DNA of 64,000 nt, from NCBI GenBank assembly GCA_964590575.1, contig CAZPWM010000001.1, positions 8,832-72,831 of the forward strand, in the 5' to 3' direction. Positions 19,201 through 28,782 of this stretch are shown in pieces. The stretch is from an uncultured archaeon (GTDB lineage Archaea; Asgardarchaeota; Thorarchaeia; Thorarchaeales; Thorarchaeaceae). The notes beneath the pieces were generated by a model. That model was given only the letters and a program-made list of their open reading frames with translations. It ran no database searches and had not been told where the DNA came from. A program made the translations under genes and the position numbers. Positions within the stretch are counted from its first letter, which is position 1. Every line of letters starts with the position of its first letter.

Positions 19201-20019
19201 TTACACTGCACAGGCGTAGGCTAGATTGCCGCCATGATTGACTACCTGAGCATTTCGTCTTCCTGAGTTCAGTTCAGAGAGGAACTCGCTTATCCCCTCA
19301 TTGACATCCTGGTATGACAATTCTCTGCCTGCAGTCCGTAATGCTATAGGTGCATAGCTCTCCTTCAGGATTGAAGCGTAGTCCCTCCTCAACCCCATCT
19401 TGTCACCAAAAATCTCTACACCCTGGACCTTCCCATCAACACTGACGATCATTCCAACCTCATCGTCTGTCCAGTTGAAGCGACTTATGTATCTCTCAAA
19501 TTCATGTCCATGGTATGCATAGAGTTCTCCAAGTGCGCTTGTGCCAGAGTGGACTCCCCATGCTGAGAGAATCTGTTGAACTATGCTCCATACATATTGT
19601 TGGTTCCTACCTTCTAGGATTGCCTTTCGCATTGTGATCGGTGTGTTAGTATGTAACCATTCACCCTGTGAGTGTTCCCATCTTCCTGCTTCGATGCAGA
19701 ACACATTCAGGTTTCTATATCCTTCAACTACTGTACTCTCAGCAATAATGCGGTCCTGCTTTCCGCCTCCGAGTACTCCCTCACCACACCTGACCAATGT
19801 TGGTTCTTCTGCGAAGAAGCGAAGACTCGGTACATTACCGGTTTCTTCCACATTCATATTGCCCATTTCCAGAGCAATCTGAGTTGATACAATTCCATTA
19901 TAGAGCTCAGCGCTTGCATCTACAATACCGGTCACCGCTAAATTCCCTTGGATCTGTGGTGCGGTCAATTCAGCATTATCGACTAGCTTCAATACTTGTC
20001 TTGTGGCCCCATTACTCAT
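19201..20019 (-). CDS. Hypothetical protein (272 aa)
   Basis: Long ORF, no recognised motif. Confidence 0.5.
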   Translation of the reverse strand: MSNGATRQVLKLVDNAELTAPQIQGNLAVTGIVDASAELYNGIVSTQIALEMGNMNVEETGNVPSLRFFAEEPTLVRCGEGVLGGGKQDRIIAESTVVEGYRNLNVFCIEAGRWEHSQGEWLHTNTPITMRKAILEGRNQQYVWSIVQQILSAWGVHSGTSALGELYAYHGHEFERYISRFNWTDDEVGMIVSVDGKVQGVEIFGDKMGLRRDYASILKESYAPIALRTAGRELSYQDVNEGISEFLSELNSGRRNAQVVNHGGNLAYACAV

Positions 20020-20089
20020 GTTCCACCCTCATTCATTCTTGTGTGGTTAACTCTATAAAAACCGCACAGAATCTCTCAAAACAAGAATC

Positions 20090-21241
20090 TCATTCAAATC
20101 TCTCTCGACGAACTCTCCATCTATTAATGACGGTATCTCCTTTTACAACATGATAGTTGTCGTACAAATTTGCAGTAAGGCATGAGTGGTTGGGAAGTAT
20201 CCTAATCTTATCTCCATGTTCAAAATGAAGAGTAGCATTTTTAGTCATGACGAGTTTTCCGTGCTCCTGTGATAATGCGTCAATGATTACCCCACTTTCT
20301 AAACTCCCTGCATCGTAATCTCTGATTACCTGACCATATCCAGGGTTAGGTATAATATGAGTTGGTCCTTGGTCTTTTGAAAGAGCGGTTGCTCCTGCAT
20401 CAATCACAATCCTGTCTTTGTTTTTGCTTATGACACTCGATAGAACGGTAAGAGCGCAATCAGCTACTTGACAAGAGCCTAGAGCAACCTGTGTATAATC
20501 AAAGAATACATAGTTACCCGGTCGTATCTCAGTAATGCCATCCCGAAACGTGTCCGTGAGAAGCGTAGTGGGTGTTGAACCAATACTTACCACTTCAGGA
20601 GCCAGTTGAGCGCTTTCAGCCTTCAGTGTTTCTGCGAATTGAACCATTATTTCTTGCTCTTGTTTCGCAATGGTCTTGATCTCTTCAACAGTGGTCCCAT
20701 TATAGGAATGACCTGCATGAGTCAAGATACCTTTGAAGTGTAGGTTTGGATTCTCATGAATCTTCTTTACAAGCGTAACCGCGCTGGGGCTTTTTGGGTC
20801 GATACCACATCGAGGGTATCCACAGTCTACCTTGACCAGAACATCTAGTTTCATCCGCGCCTCTCTACAAAACCTCTCAAGATGGTCGACGATTTTCGGA
20901 TGATCCACGAGTAAATTTAGGTGCGTCTTTTCCGATATCCGTCGTACTCCTTGAAACTTGTCTAATGCTAGTGGGACTGCGTATGATATATCCCTAAATC
21001 CTGCATCTGCAAATGCATCTGCTTCACCGAGTGTTGAAACTGTTATGCCCACTGCTCCATTTTCTAGTTGCTTCTTGCCAATCTCAATGCATTTGTGAGT
21101 CTTGATGTGTGGACGAAGATTAACTCCATTCTTCTTTGCCTTAGCAGCCATACTCCTGATATTGTACTCTAGCTTATCATAATCTACGAGGAGAATCGGA
21201 GTCTTTAGGTCTGACAGATTCATCTTTGGCATTGCATACAC
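20090..21241 (-). CDS. PLP-dependent fold-type III enzyme (alanine racemase N-domain; D-serine dehydratase/D-threonine aldolase-like)
   Basis: RPHIKTHKC (PLP-lysine in HxKT context), 383 aa with C-terminal beta domain. Confidence 0.75.
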   Translation of the reverse strand: MYAMPKMNLSDLKTPILLVDYDKLEYNIRSMAAKAKKNGVNLRPHIKTHKCIEIGKKQLENGAVGITVSTLGEADAFADAGFRDISYAVPLALDKFQGVRRISEKTHLNLLVDHPKIVDHLERFCREARMKLDVLVKVDCGYPRCGIDPKSPSAVTLVKKIHENPNLHFKGILTHAGHSYNGTTVEEIKTIAKQEQEIMVQFAETLKAESAQLAPEVVSIGSTPTTLLTDTFRDGITEIRPGNYVFFDYTQVALGSCQVADCALTVLSSVISKNKDRIVIDAGATALSKDQGPTHIIPNPGYGQVIRDYDAGSLESGVIIDALSQEHGKLVMTKNATLHFEHGDKIRILPNHSCLTANLYDNYHVVKGDTVINRWRVRRERFE

Positions 21242-21311
21242 TCGTTCTCTTGGTTGGACATACTACCTCAAATACTCTCGTGCGGGGCGAGCGGAATCGT
21301 TTAGTACAACA

Positions 21312-21851
21312 ATGAATTATTTTTTCTTGGTGTTTGAAATGGGTACAATCTCCAAACTTCTACTGAATATGTTAGAGCATGAGAGTAATCAAACGAGGTT
21401 TGTTTTATCTGCTGCTGAACATGTCGACCTCAAATATACTCCTAAGGACGGATTACGTTCACTCATTGATTTGGCTAATCACATTGCGCAGATTCCACTA
21501 ATTGATCTTAAGTTCTATTCTATGGAATTCAAAACATTTGAAGAAGTTCAAGCAATGGAAAAAGAACTTCGTAAGAGGTCAATTGATGAACTGCTGATAG
21601 TCTATGACCAAGGAATTGAAACGATCAAGGAATTCATCTCGAAACTCTCAGATGAACAACTTCTTGAAAATAACTTGAAAGTTATTTTATCGTTATTCTA
21701 TCAAAACGGTCATGAAAAGAGCTGGTCTCATTATATCCCAGAAATTACAACTCATCTCGCAATGCACAAAATGCAACTATGGATGTATCTGAAATTAGCG
21801 GATGCTCCTGTAAGTATGTGGACCTACTATGGTATTCCTCAAAGTGACTAG
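21312..21851 (+). CDS. Hypothetical protein, possibly DinB/YfiT-like four-helix-bundle metalloprotein
   Basis: 179 aa; spaced His residues (LANHIAQ..., HLAMHKMQ); weak. Confidence 0.4.
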   Translation: MNYFFLVFEMGTISKLLLNMLEHESNQTRFVLSAAEHVDLKYTPKDGLRSLIDLANHIAQIPLIDLKFYSMEFKTFEEVQAMEKELRKRSIDELLIVYDQGIETIKEFISKLSDEQLLENNLKVILSLFYQNGHEKSWSHYIPEITTHLAMHKMQLWMYLKLADAPVSMWTYYGIPQSD

Positions 21852-21856
21852 TTGAA

Positions 21857-23290
21857 TCACGTTATTCCATGTTGACTACCACGAATCCGTCGCCGAAGGT
21901 TGAGACGAACTTCATCGACCCTCTCTTTCACTCTACTCCCCTTTGGCCAGAACTCCTTGATCTCATCAAAGCCATGGACATCCCAATAAAGCGGACATGC
22001 TCCATAACAGTAGCTAAACTTGTCACATTTCTTACAACCTTCTGGAGCAAAGTCCTTCGCTCTCCAGAATTTACTAGCTCTATTATACCAAACCTGCTCA
22101 AACCCTTCGTTGAGTAGATTTCCAACAGGTTCACTGAAGCTTGAGCATGGAAGGAGACCTCCTTCTGCGTCAACTGAAAGTAACCCATCACAACAGGCAC
22201 AGCTCTTAGCTCCGAGTCCGTGCGCTATCGGGTTGAAGATACAGACTGGTGTGGGTGCGTACCACACGAACTGAATGCACTTTTTATTTGCACGTCTCTT
22301 AACGCGTTTCACAATGTCCTTGATTTCAGAATACTTGACTTGGAGTTCCTCTCTGAGTTTGGCTGCTGTCCCAGTGTATATGACCATGTTCATACTAAAG
22401 TAAGTGAGCTCCAAAACATCAGCATGGAAATCAACTAGTTCCTCAAGCTTGTCTAGATTGGGTCTGCAGATGGTTGTGTTGCAGTGTGTGTAGATGTCGG
22501 TTTCCCGTAGATTCTTGATACCCTGCACAGTCTTGTCGAAGGCACCTGGGCTTCCAACAATGTAATCGTGCGTTTCAGCATCTGGACCTTCAATAGAAAC
22601 CTGTGCACTGTTCAGTCCCGCATCAACTAGCTTCTGTACGAATTCCTTGTCGTGGCAACGAATTCCATTTGTGATTAGATTGACACGAAGGCCCCTCTTT
22701 CTTGCATGGGCTATTAGTTCAAACAAATCCTCCCGGAGGGTTGGTTCTCCACCAGTGAAAGACAGACTTGGAACATGTGCATCATCAACGATGATGTCAA
22801 TGACCCGTTTCACTTCCTCAGTCGTCATCTCACCGGATTCTCGATACGGTGAGTAGGCATAACAGAACCGACACTTGTTGTTGCATCGATAGGTGAGAGC
22901 AATTTCACTAAGGACTGGATACTTGATCTCTCCTTCTCCAAATGGCACTATCCTCGCAGTCTTGTAGCTATAGATGTTCTGATTGCCTATGGCCATGTTT
23001 CTGAGATCATCAATAAAAGCGGCGAGGTCATTGGTAACAACCTGTTCTGCTCCTCCTGCATCCACAAAGTGCTTAATGATATCCTCTAGTGACTCATTGT
23101 CAAGAAGCATCTTTAGCATCCTCATACCAGTTTCATTCAGATGCATTATCTTGTTCGGACGTAGAATGAGTAGGTTGTCCTGAGGTCTTGCAAAGAAGAA
23201 GTCTCTAACCTCATCAATGAAAGCAGGAACCCATTGCAGGTCTTCCAATGTGTAATCATAATAGGGTATTGAAGGCGGTGAGGTCATCAC
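21857..23290 (-). CDS. Radical SAM/SPASM-domain peptide/protein-modifying enzyme with N-terminal PqqD-like RRE domain
   Basis: N-terminal ~90 aa PqqD-like pattern (LILRPNKIMHLNETGMRMLKML...EDIIKHF), CNNKCRFCY (CxxxCxxC), C-terminal SPASM with CKKCDKFSYCYGAC (CxxCx5Cx3C) and additional Cys. Confidence 0.85.
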   Translation of the reverse strand: MMTSPPSIPYYDYTLEDLQWVPAFIDEVRDFFFARPQDNLLILRPNKIMHLNETGMRMLKMLLDNESLEDIIKHFVDAGGAEQVVTNDLAAFIDDLRNMAIGNQNIYSYKTARIVPFGEGEIKYPVLSEIALTYRCNNKCRFCYAYSPYRESGEMTTEEVKRVIDIIVDDAHVPSLSFTGGEPTLREDLFELIAHARKRGLRVNLITNGIRCHDKEFVQKLVDAGLNSAQVSIEGPDAETHDYIVGSPGAFDKTVQGIKNLRETDIYTHCNTTICRPNLDKLEELVDFHADVLELTYFSMNMVIYTGTAAKLREELQVKYSEIKDIVKRVKRRANKKCIQFVWYAPTPVCIFNPIAHGLGAKSCACCDGLLSVDAEGGLLPCSSFSEPVGNLLNEGFEQVWYNRASKFWRAKDFAPEGCKKCDKFSYCYGACPLYWDVHGFDEIKEFWPKGSRVKERVDEVRLNLRRRIRGSQHGIT

Positions 23291-23393
23291 AATTGAGATT
23301 TACTCTGACCATCTTAAGGGTTCGGTTAGAGGTATGAGAATCTGAAAGGCTTATCAGTCTCCATTCTTCAGATATGTATAACATCATCGTGGA

Positions 23394-23798
23394 GTGTCTT
23401 CGATGAGCACAAATGAGATAAAATTACCATATGGTACGATTTCGAAGAAGAAGTTGATTATGCATTTCAGTGCATATGACATAGATTTGCCAGTTATCGC
23501 AGCTGGCATTCGCGAGAGAATGGACGTTCTGAAAGAACTAGAAGTTTCATTCGCTGGGTTTGGAACTGAGGTTCCTGAGAAAATGACGGAACAATCACCT
23601 GCAGTCATAAAGTGCTTCTTTGAGTATGTTGGAAAAGAGACTGATGCAAGTGTTATCTTGAAACGTGTTTACCACTTGATTTGGGGAGGTATGATTTCGG
23701 AATTCCCTGATCTTGTTGAGTGGGCTGCCGCGAAGGCTGACCTTTCAAATCTCACTATCGCACAAGCGGATGTTCTCAGAGCACAACGTGGCGATTGA
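23394..23798 (+). CDS. Hypothetical protein (134 aa)
   Basis: ORF divergent from rSAM gene, co-directional with downstream Cys-His-tail protein. Confidence 0.45.
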   Translation: MSSMSTNEIKLPYGTISKKKLIMHFSAYDIDLPVIAAGIRERMDVLKELEVSFAGFGTEVPEKMTEQSPAVIKCFFEYVGKETDASVILKRVYHLIWGGMISEFPDLVEWAAAKADLSNLTIAQADVLRAQRGD

Positions 23799-23849
23799 AC
23801 TAATCAATGGGTCTAGTAATTGGAGACTAGTTAGTAAGAGGGTCATGCT

Positions 23850-25979
23850 GTGAAGAGAGATCTGGCAAACGCGTTCATAATTGGTCTGATACTGCTTTCA
23901 GCTATCCCCATCTATTTCGCAGATAGCACACCGAGCCAATCAGTTGAGGTCAATCTAGATAGTGTCCTAGTAGATGTTATGGTACTTCAAAATGGACGAA
24001 TCAATGTCACTTACTGGATTACTATCACAGTTTTATCAGGAACTCTCAACGAGTTTGACCTTTTCGGAATCCAAGAAACCACGATTTATGACACTGATCG
24101 CGCGTATGCTGAAGTAGGAGAAAATCGTTACAGTTTACTTGTTACAAAAATGTCGAGTGGATACACACTGAGGTTATCACAGAGTGTTTCTGCAGTGAAC
24201 ACTGTGACTGTTGTCTTTGGTTACTACAGTACGAATCGAATCATAGAGAAAACAACATCTGGCACTTATGGAGATCTTGGAGTTTTCAATTGGGCACCGG
24301 TCCAATGGGAGATCCCTATTGACTATGAAGCAGTCCAGGTCATCTATCCTATCGAAATGAATGCGTCATGGATTGAACCAAGTAATGGCGTTACTACTGA
24401 AGGCGCTGAGTTCGCTGGTTATGTCGTAGATGCCAATCAAGGTCTATGGGATGGAAGTCTCTTCGAGAACTTCGAGGAAGAGAATCTTCTAGCGTATCCG
24501 TATAGTGCCTCGGCTGATCCTCGCTACTTTACAGTTAGTCTAGGTCACACAAATATTGGAGATTATGATCATTTTAGGGTTTTTCACTACACTAACTGGA
24601 GCTTCTACGAACCATATCTTGAAGCTGGTGCTCTTGGTATCGATTATGTTCCGATAATCAATGTTAACGCAGATACGCTGTTTAACCTGCAGCTTGCCGT
24701 TTTCAACTATGGTGATGCTAACTTAGAGGATGTGACAATTACTATGTCTTTGCCCGAAAATCTCACACTCACGTCTGGGTCTGTGACGACACTTGTGGGA
24801 GATTTATCAGGTGGAGAAACATGGTACGAGTCTTACTCACTCATCCCTGCTAATGTTCCGGCTATCCTTACGATAGCTTTCCAAGTGAGTGCATCAAATC
24901 TGAACGCAACTGATTGGCTCACATTCACAATTGATGTATATGTCCAGGAGTATATTCCTCCGTTGATTCCGCCGAATCTGCTATTTGGAGGAGCCGCCAT
25001 TGTTATTGCTCTAGGTTTCATATTCTATGGCTACAGGAGAGTCACTCGTACCTATGGTGCAAAATGGGAGGCTGATGATACAACCTATACCTATGAGAGT
25101 CCTGAGATAGCGATACAGACATTCGGAGAGCCGGGAACGGTTGCAGAACTGGATCCAATCGAATCTGCATTCTTCATCAATACAACGCGACAAAAACTCG
25201 TGTCAATGATTCTCATGTCTTGTGTCAGAAAAGGCGCAGTTCGAGTTTTATCCACAGATCCTATGAAGCTCTCGGTGACAGGTCTTCAATTCCAAGACTT
25301 GACATATTATGAAGAGCTGTTTCTAGCAGCGATTGTTGATGATGAGCTCGACCCTGAGAAAGTAGATGACTTGCTTGAAGAGCTTGCTGACAAAGTTCAG
25401 GAGAAAGCATGGAGTGCAGACTTTGAGGCTACTAAGACACAGCATGACGAGATGATCGATGGGGCATGGGAAGAGTTAGAATCCTATCCAACACCGGATG
25501 ACAGGATAGACTATTACTTCAATCGTCAATACCATGGAGGTGGTTGGGCTTGGTATTGGCTGTACATGAATCCACGACATGATCACATCGGCGATGTCTT
25601 TGATAGACGTGGACCCTCCATCTCACCACCACAGGTTCCAGACTGGTTCTCTCAACTATCTGAGGCGACAGGTCATGCTATTAGTGGTGTTGGTCGGGTA
25701 GTAGGTGATGTAGCGGCAACCACTGGTCAGATTATGAACAATGTTGCAAACACTATTGGTAGTGTCCTTGAAGGAGTAGGCAATATCATCACTGAACCAC
25801 TAAAACCTCTTATTGAGAGTACCAGCAGATGTGTGTCACACGATGCATGTCATAGTGCTTGCGTTTCTCATGATGCATGCCATAGTGCCTGTCACAGTGC
25901 TTGCCATAGTGCTTGTGTCTGTCATAGTGCGTGTCATAGTGCCTGTCACAGTGCGTGTGTTTCCGGGGGCTTTAGATAA
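23850..25979 (+). CDS. Signal-anchored/single-pass membrane protein (709 aa) with C-terminal (Cys-His-Ser-Ala)n repeat tail
   Basis: N-terminal hydrophobic signal/anchor, mid-protein TM (LLFGGAAIVIALGFIFYGY), C-terminal 49 aa containing 11 Cys and 10 His in CHSAC/CVSHDACHSA units. Confidence 0.7.
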   Translation: MKRDLANAFIIGLILLSAIPIYFADSTPSQSVEVNLDSVLVDVMVLQNGRINVTYWITITVLSGTLNEFDLFGIQETTIYDTDRAYAEVGENRYSLLVTKMSSGYTLRLSQSVSAVNTVTVVFGYYSTNRIIEKTTSGTYGDLGVFNWAPVQWEIPIDYEAVQVIYPIEMNASWIEPSNGVTTEGAEFAGYVVDANQGLWDGSLFENFEEENLLAYPYSASADPRYFTVSLGHTNIGDYDHFRVFHYTNWSFYEPYLEAGALGIDYVPIINVNADTLFNLQLAVFNYGDANLEDVTITMSLPENLTLTSGSVTTLVGDLSGGETWYESYSLIPANVPAILTIAFQVSASNLNATDWLTFTIDVYVQEYIPPLIPPNLLFGGAAIVIALGFIFYGYRRVTRTYGAKWEADDTTYTYESPEIAIQTFGEPGTVAELDPIESAFFINTTRQKLVSMILMSCVRKGAVRVLSTDPMKLSVTGLQFQDLTYYEELFLAAIVDDELDPEKVDDLLEELADKVQEKAWSADFEATKTQHDEMIDGAWEELESYPTPDDRIDYYFNRQYHGGGWAWYWLYMNPRHDHIGDVFDRRGPSISPPQVPDWFSQLSEATGHAISGVGRVVGDVAATTGQIMNNVANTIGSVLEGVGNIITEPLKPLIESTSRCVSHDACHSACVSHDACHSACHSACHSACVCHSACHSACHSACVSGGFR
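25831..25964 (+). repeat. In-frame tandem 12-nt/30-nt coding repeat (TGYCAYAGTGCN)n encoding (CHSA)n
   Basis: Directly visible periodicity: tgtcatagtgct / tgccatagtgcc / tgtcacagtgct ... ; two longer 30-nt units (CVSHDACHSA). Confidence 0.8.
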
Positions 25980-26735
25980 TTGCCAGAACCTTTTGCTACT
26001 ATTTTCCATCTTAGTGACATACACATAGGTGAAGCTGGAGTTACTGTAAATGACCTGAAGAAAGCCATCGACTCAATTGAAGAAGTAGCTGCAAGTTCAC
26101 CCGCACCCTTACTGATTGTGACTGGCGATCTTACCACTGAGGGTCTCTTAGAGGAGTATGAGGGAGCTGCGTCAGTATTGAATGATGTTACGTTTCCTAA
26201 AGTAATCATTCCTGGGAATCATGACGAAAGGAATTATGGATCAGTGTTGTTCGAAGAGATGTTTGGGGATCGATTCAAGACATTCGAGTCTGAACACTTG
26301 GCGGTCTTTGCTGCTGATAGTGCAGAACCCGATAATGATGCAGGTCATGTTGGTAGGGTGAAGTACAATGAGATTAGAGACTTTTTCAATCAAGCCAAGA
26401 ACAAGACAAAAATATTTGCTCTTCATCATCACCTAATCCCAGTTCCACACACTGGACGAGAGTTTAATGTAGTAGAAGATGCTGGTGACGTTCTTGGTGT
26501 ACTTGATGGTGCAAGATGCTCATTGGTCTTGAATGGTCATCGTCATGTTCCATGGATGTGGCGACTAGGCGAGATGATTCTATTCAATACAGGAACTCTT
26601 CTTTCACGACGTGTTCGAGGGTCGATGACACAGCTACACACGAGGATTTCATTGAGTGCAGACCATGTCAGTTTTACACTCTGTCATAAAGATGGCAGCG
26701 AACGACTGTTTGCGGAATCCTCGTTTCGTGTGTAA
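25980..26735 (+). CDS. Calcineurin-like metallophosphoesterase
   Basis: LSDIHIG, GDLTTEG, GNHDE, HHHL, GHRH motifs; start (TTG) immediately after upstream stop - translational coupling. Confidence 0.75.
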   Translation: MPEPFATIFHLSDIHIGEAGVTVNDLKKAIDSIEEVAASSPAPLLIVTGDLTTEGLLEEYEGAASVLNDVTFPKVIIPGNHDERNYGSVLFEEMFGDRFKTFESEHLAVFAADSAEPDNDAGHVGRVKYNEIRDFFNQAKNKTKIFALHHHLIPVPHTGREFNVVEDAGDVLGVLDGARCSLVLNGHRHVPWMWRLGEMILFNTGTLLSRRVRGSMTQLHTRISLSADHVSFTLCHKDGSERLFAESSFRV

Positions 26736-26762
26736 AATCTCTCATGTGACAGATTTGGTAGT

Positions 26763-27119
26763 TCAGTAAGCTGTGAATATCCAGACAACATCTACTGAGG
26801 TCACATTTGAAAGTGTGAGAAATGAACTGACAACACCGCGAACCACGACGATAGAATTCAGAGTCGAGGCGCCTGTCCAGGTAAAGCCCAATATGTTAAG
26901 ACCATCTTGGACTGTAACGAAATTACCAACCCGGGCTGTGATCTCTCCTTTGACAGAAACAGGTGTACCTACTGATACTAGACCATCATTGATATCATTA
27001 ATACTGGTAAGGCCAAATACCCCATCGTGCCAACTGACAACACCGACAGAAACTATCACAATTACAACGACAACAAGAAGAATTTTTGCTATTGGTTTTC
27101 CTTTCTTCCTTTTTGGCAT
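26763..27119 (-). CDS. Hypothetical N-terminally anchored small protein
   Basis: Basic N-terminus then hydrophobic helix (ILLVVVVIVIVSVGVV), beta-rich remainder. Confidence 0.4.
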   Translation of the reverse strand: MPKRKKGKPIAKILLVVVVIVIVSVGVVSWHDGVFGLTSINDINDGLVSVGTPVSVKGEITARVGNFVTVQDGLNILGFTWTGASTLNSIVVVRGVVSSFLTLSNVTSVDVVWIFTAY

Positions 27120-27210
27120 GTTACTCCACCACCTTCAATAGAAACGCGTCAACTAATTAGTCTGACGCCTCAAGAGGCAAACGCTTTAGGCTAGATTATC
27201 ATGTCCAAAA

Positions 27211-28440
27211 ATGGTCACGATGAATGCGGCAGAGAGATTTGTGATAATTTGTGGAGAGATAGGAAACTACACCGAAAGGATGACCGGTGTTAGTGTTGTT
27301 GATGCATTTACCGGCCCTGAAGAATTTCATCCAAAGAAACAGAGTAAAGAGAAATCCCCTACTGAATTGGTTCATGATATCCATCAGACTTTCGACATGT
27401 TGCGAGATGAAATAGGTGACCCGATTCGTTTTGAATACATGATGGGTGAGTTACATTCGTTGAACGTAGTTGTTGACTGGGTTGCCGGAAAGGAGATGTC
27501 CTATGCGGAACTTGTTGAAGGGCTCTTTCAAATTAAGTTAAAACGATTCCCAGAAGATGATATTGACCAAAACATCCAACTACTAGAAGAACGAATCTCT
27601 GATTTTCCTGGAGATGATCTGCGCGATAAAGTTACTCGATTTGGCTCAGAGGGTGAAACTACCGGAGAGGCACTTCAACATCTAATAGAGAATGAACTTC
27701 AGAACAAATCCTTAGAAGTCGGTCAAATGTTCAGAAACCAAATATATTCGAAAATGGGTGCATCGGTTCCTGATAATGGAGTCCAATACGAGGCAGTAAG
27801 AAACCAACCCTGGAGCGGCTACAACTGGTATCAGGGTGGGTTCAAGTCTCTCAACCAGTTCAACATTGACTCTAAATTCAACAAGGACTCTCTACTCAAT
27901 GTAATCTATCATGAATATGAGCATCATGTTTCAAACCTGTGGCGTGAGAAAGCTTACCTTAACAGTAAGAACCTGGAGCTTTCCACTGTTCTTCTTCACA
28001 CAGGTCGATGCGTAATCTCGGAAGGAACTGCAGATTGTGCGAAGGAGTTTTTGGGAGTTACAGATGATAGTCCAAGAACACTAGTTGATAATACACTCTA
28101 TATACTACGACGTATGGTTGGTATAAATGCCGCAATCATGTTGAATGATGAGGGAAAATCTGCTGATGAGGCGGTTGACTACATGGTTAATCGAGGATTC
28201 CGAACACGTGAGGCTGCTCAACAATCGCTCAATTTCATTTCACCAACTTCAAAGGATGGGAAATTGAACTTCTTTGCTCCCTACATCTTCACCTACTTCC
28301 TAGGTCGGACAGACTATGTTCTCCCAATGTATCTCAAGGCAGTTGAGAAAGATGTACTTCCAGATTTCTTCAGGACCGTGTATATGAACCCATATTCGGG
28401 GTCAAGTGTAACATGGGACAAGTCATTCGACTGGATGTAA
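27211..28440 (+). CDS. Hypothetical protein with HExxH motif (putative zinc metallopeptidase-like)
   Basis: IYHEYEHHVSN; 409 aa cytoplasmic. Confidence 0.5.
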   Translation: MVTMNAAERFVIICGEIGNYTERMTGVSVVDAFTGPEEFHPKKQSKEKSPTELVHDIHQTFDMLRDEIGDPIRFEYMMGELHSLNVVVDWVAGKEMSYAELVEGLFQIKLKRFPEDDIDQNIQLLEERISDFPGDDLRDKVTRFGSEGETTGEALQHLIENELQNKSLEVGQMFRNQIYSKMGASVPDNGVQYEAVRNQPWSGYNWYQGGFKSLNQFNIDSKFNKDSLLNVIYHEYEHHVSNLWREKAYLNSKNLELSTVLLHTGRCVISEGTADCAKEFLGVTDDSPRTLVDNTLYILRRMVGINAAIMLNDEGKSADEAVDYMVNRGFRTREAAQQSLNFISPTSKDGKLNFFAPYIFTYFLGRTDYVLPMYLKAVEKDVLPDFFRTVYMNPYSGSSVTWDKSFDWM

Positions 28441-28782
28441 CACAAGAACAGTAGAACCTATGGATCAAGATAAAAGAAGAAAAAACCTGATAATGGGAGA
28501 ACTAAAAAATTTGAAACCTTCTTCTGTATAACTGATCTGGGACTATTGTTCTTCCTCTGGATATTAAATGTCTTCTTTCGGGCGACAATTGGTGAACTAA
28601 TTGCTATATACTTCATCGGTAGCATAGTACTGATTGCAGTGCTTCGTGCGATTGACAAAAGAGCAGCTTAGCATGCACTCGATATTCTCTCGAGACCTTG
28701 AGGTCTAGATTCTTCTGAATGTGTATTTTCAAAAATGAGAGATGTGTGATGGCAAAAAACCATCACACTGATGATTGAGATA

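Noticed and set aside
25831-25964. Periodic short repeats that could superficially resemble a CRISPR array
   Set aside because: The units are 12 nt, in-frame and contiguous without spacers. They lie inside a long ORF and encode CHSA. It is a coding microsatellite, not CRISPR.
28458-28658. 66-aa minus-strand ORF in the convergent intergenic region
   Set aside because: It has no start context or motif and sits in the terminator region between convergent genes. A 41-aa + strand hydrophobic micro-ORF with a TTG start is also possible but unsupported.
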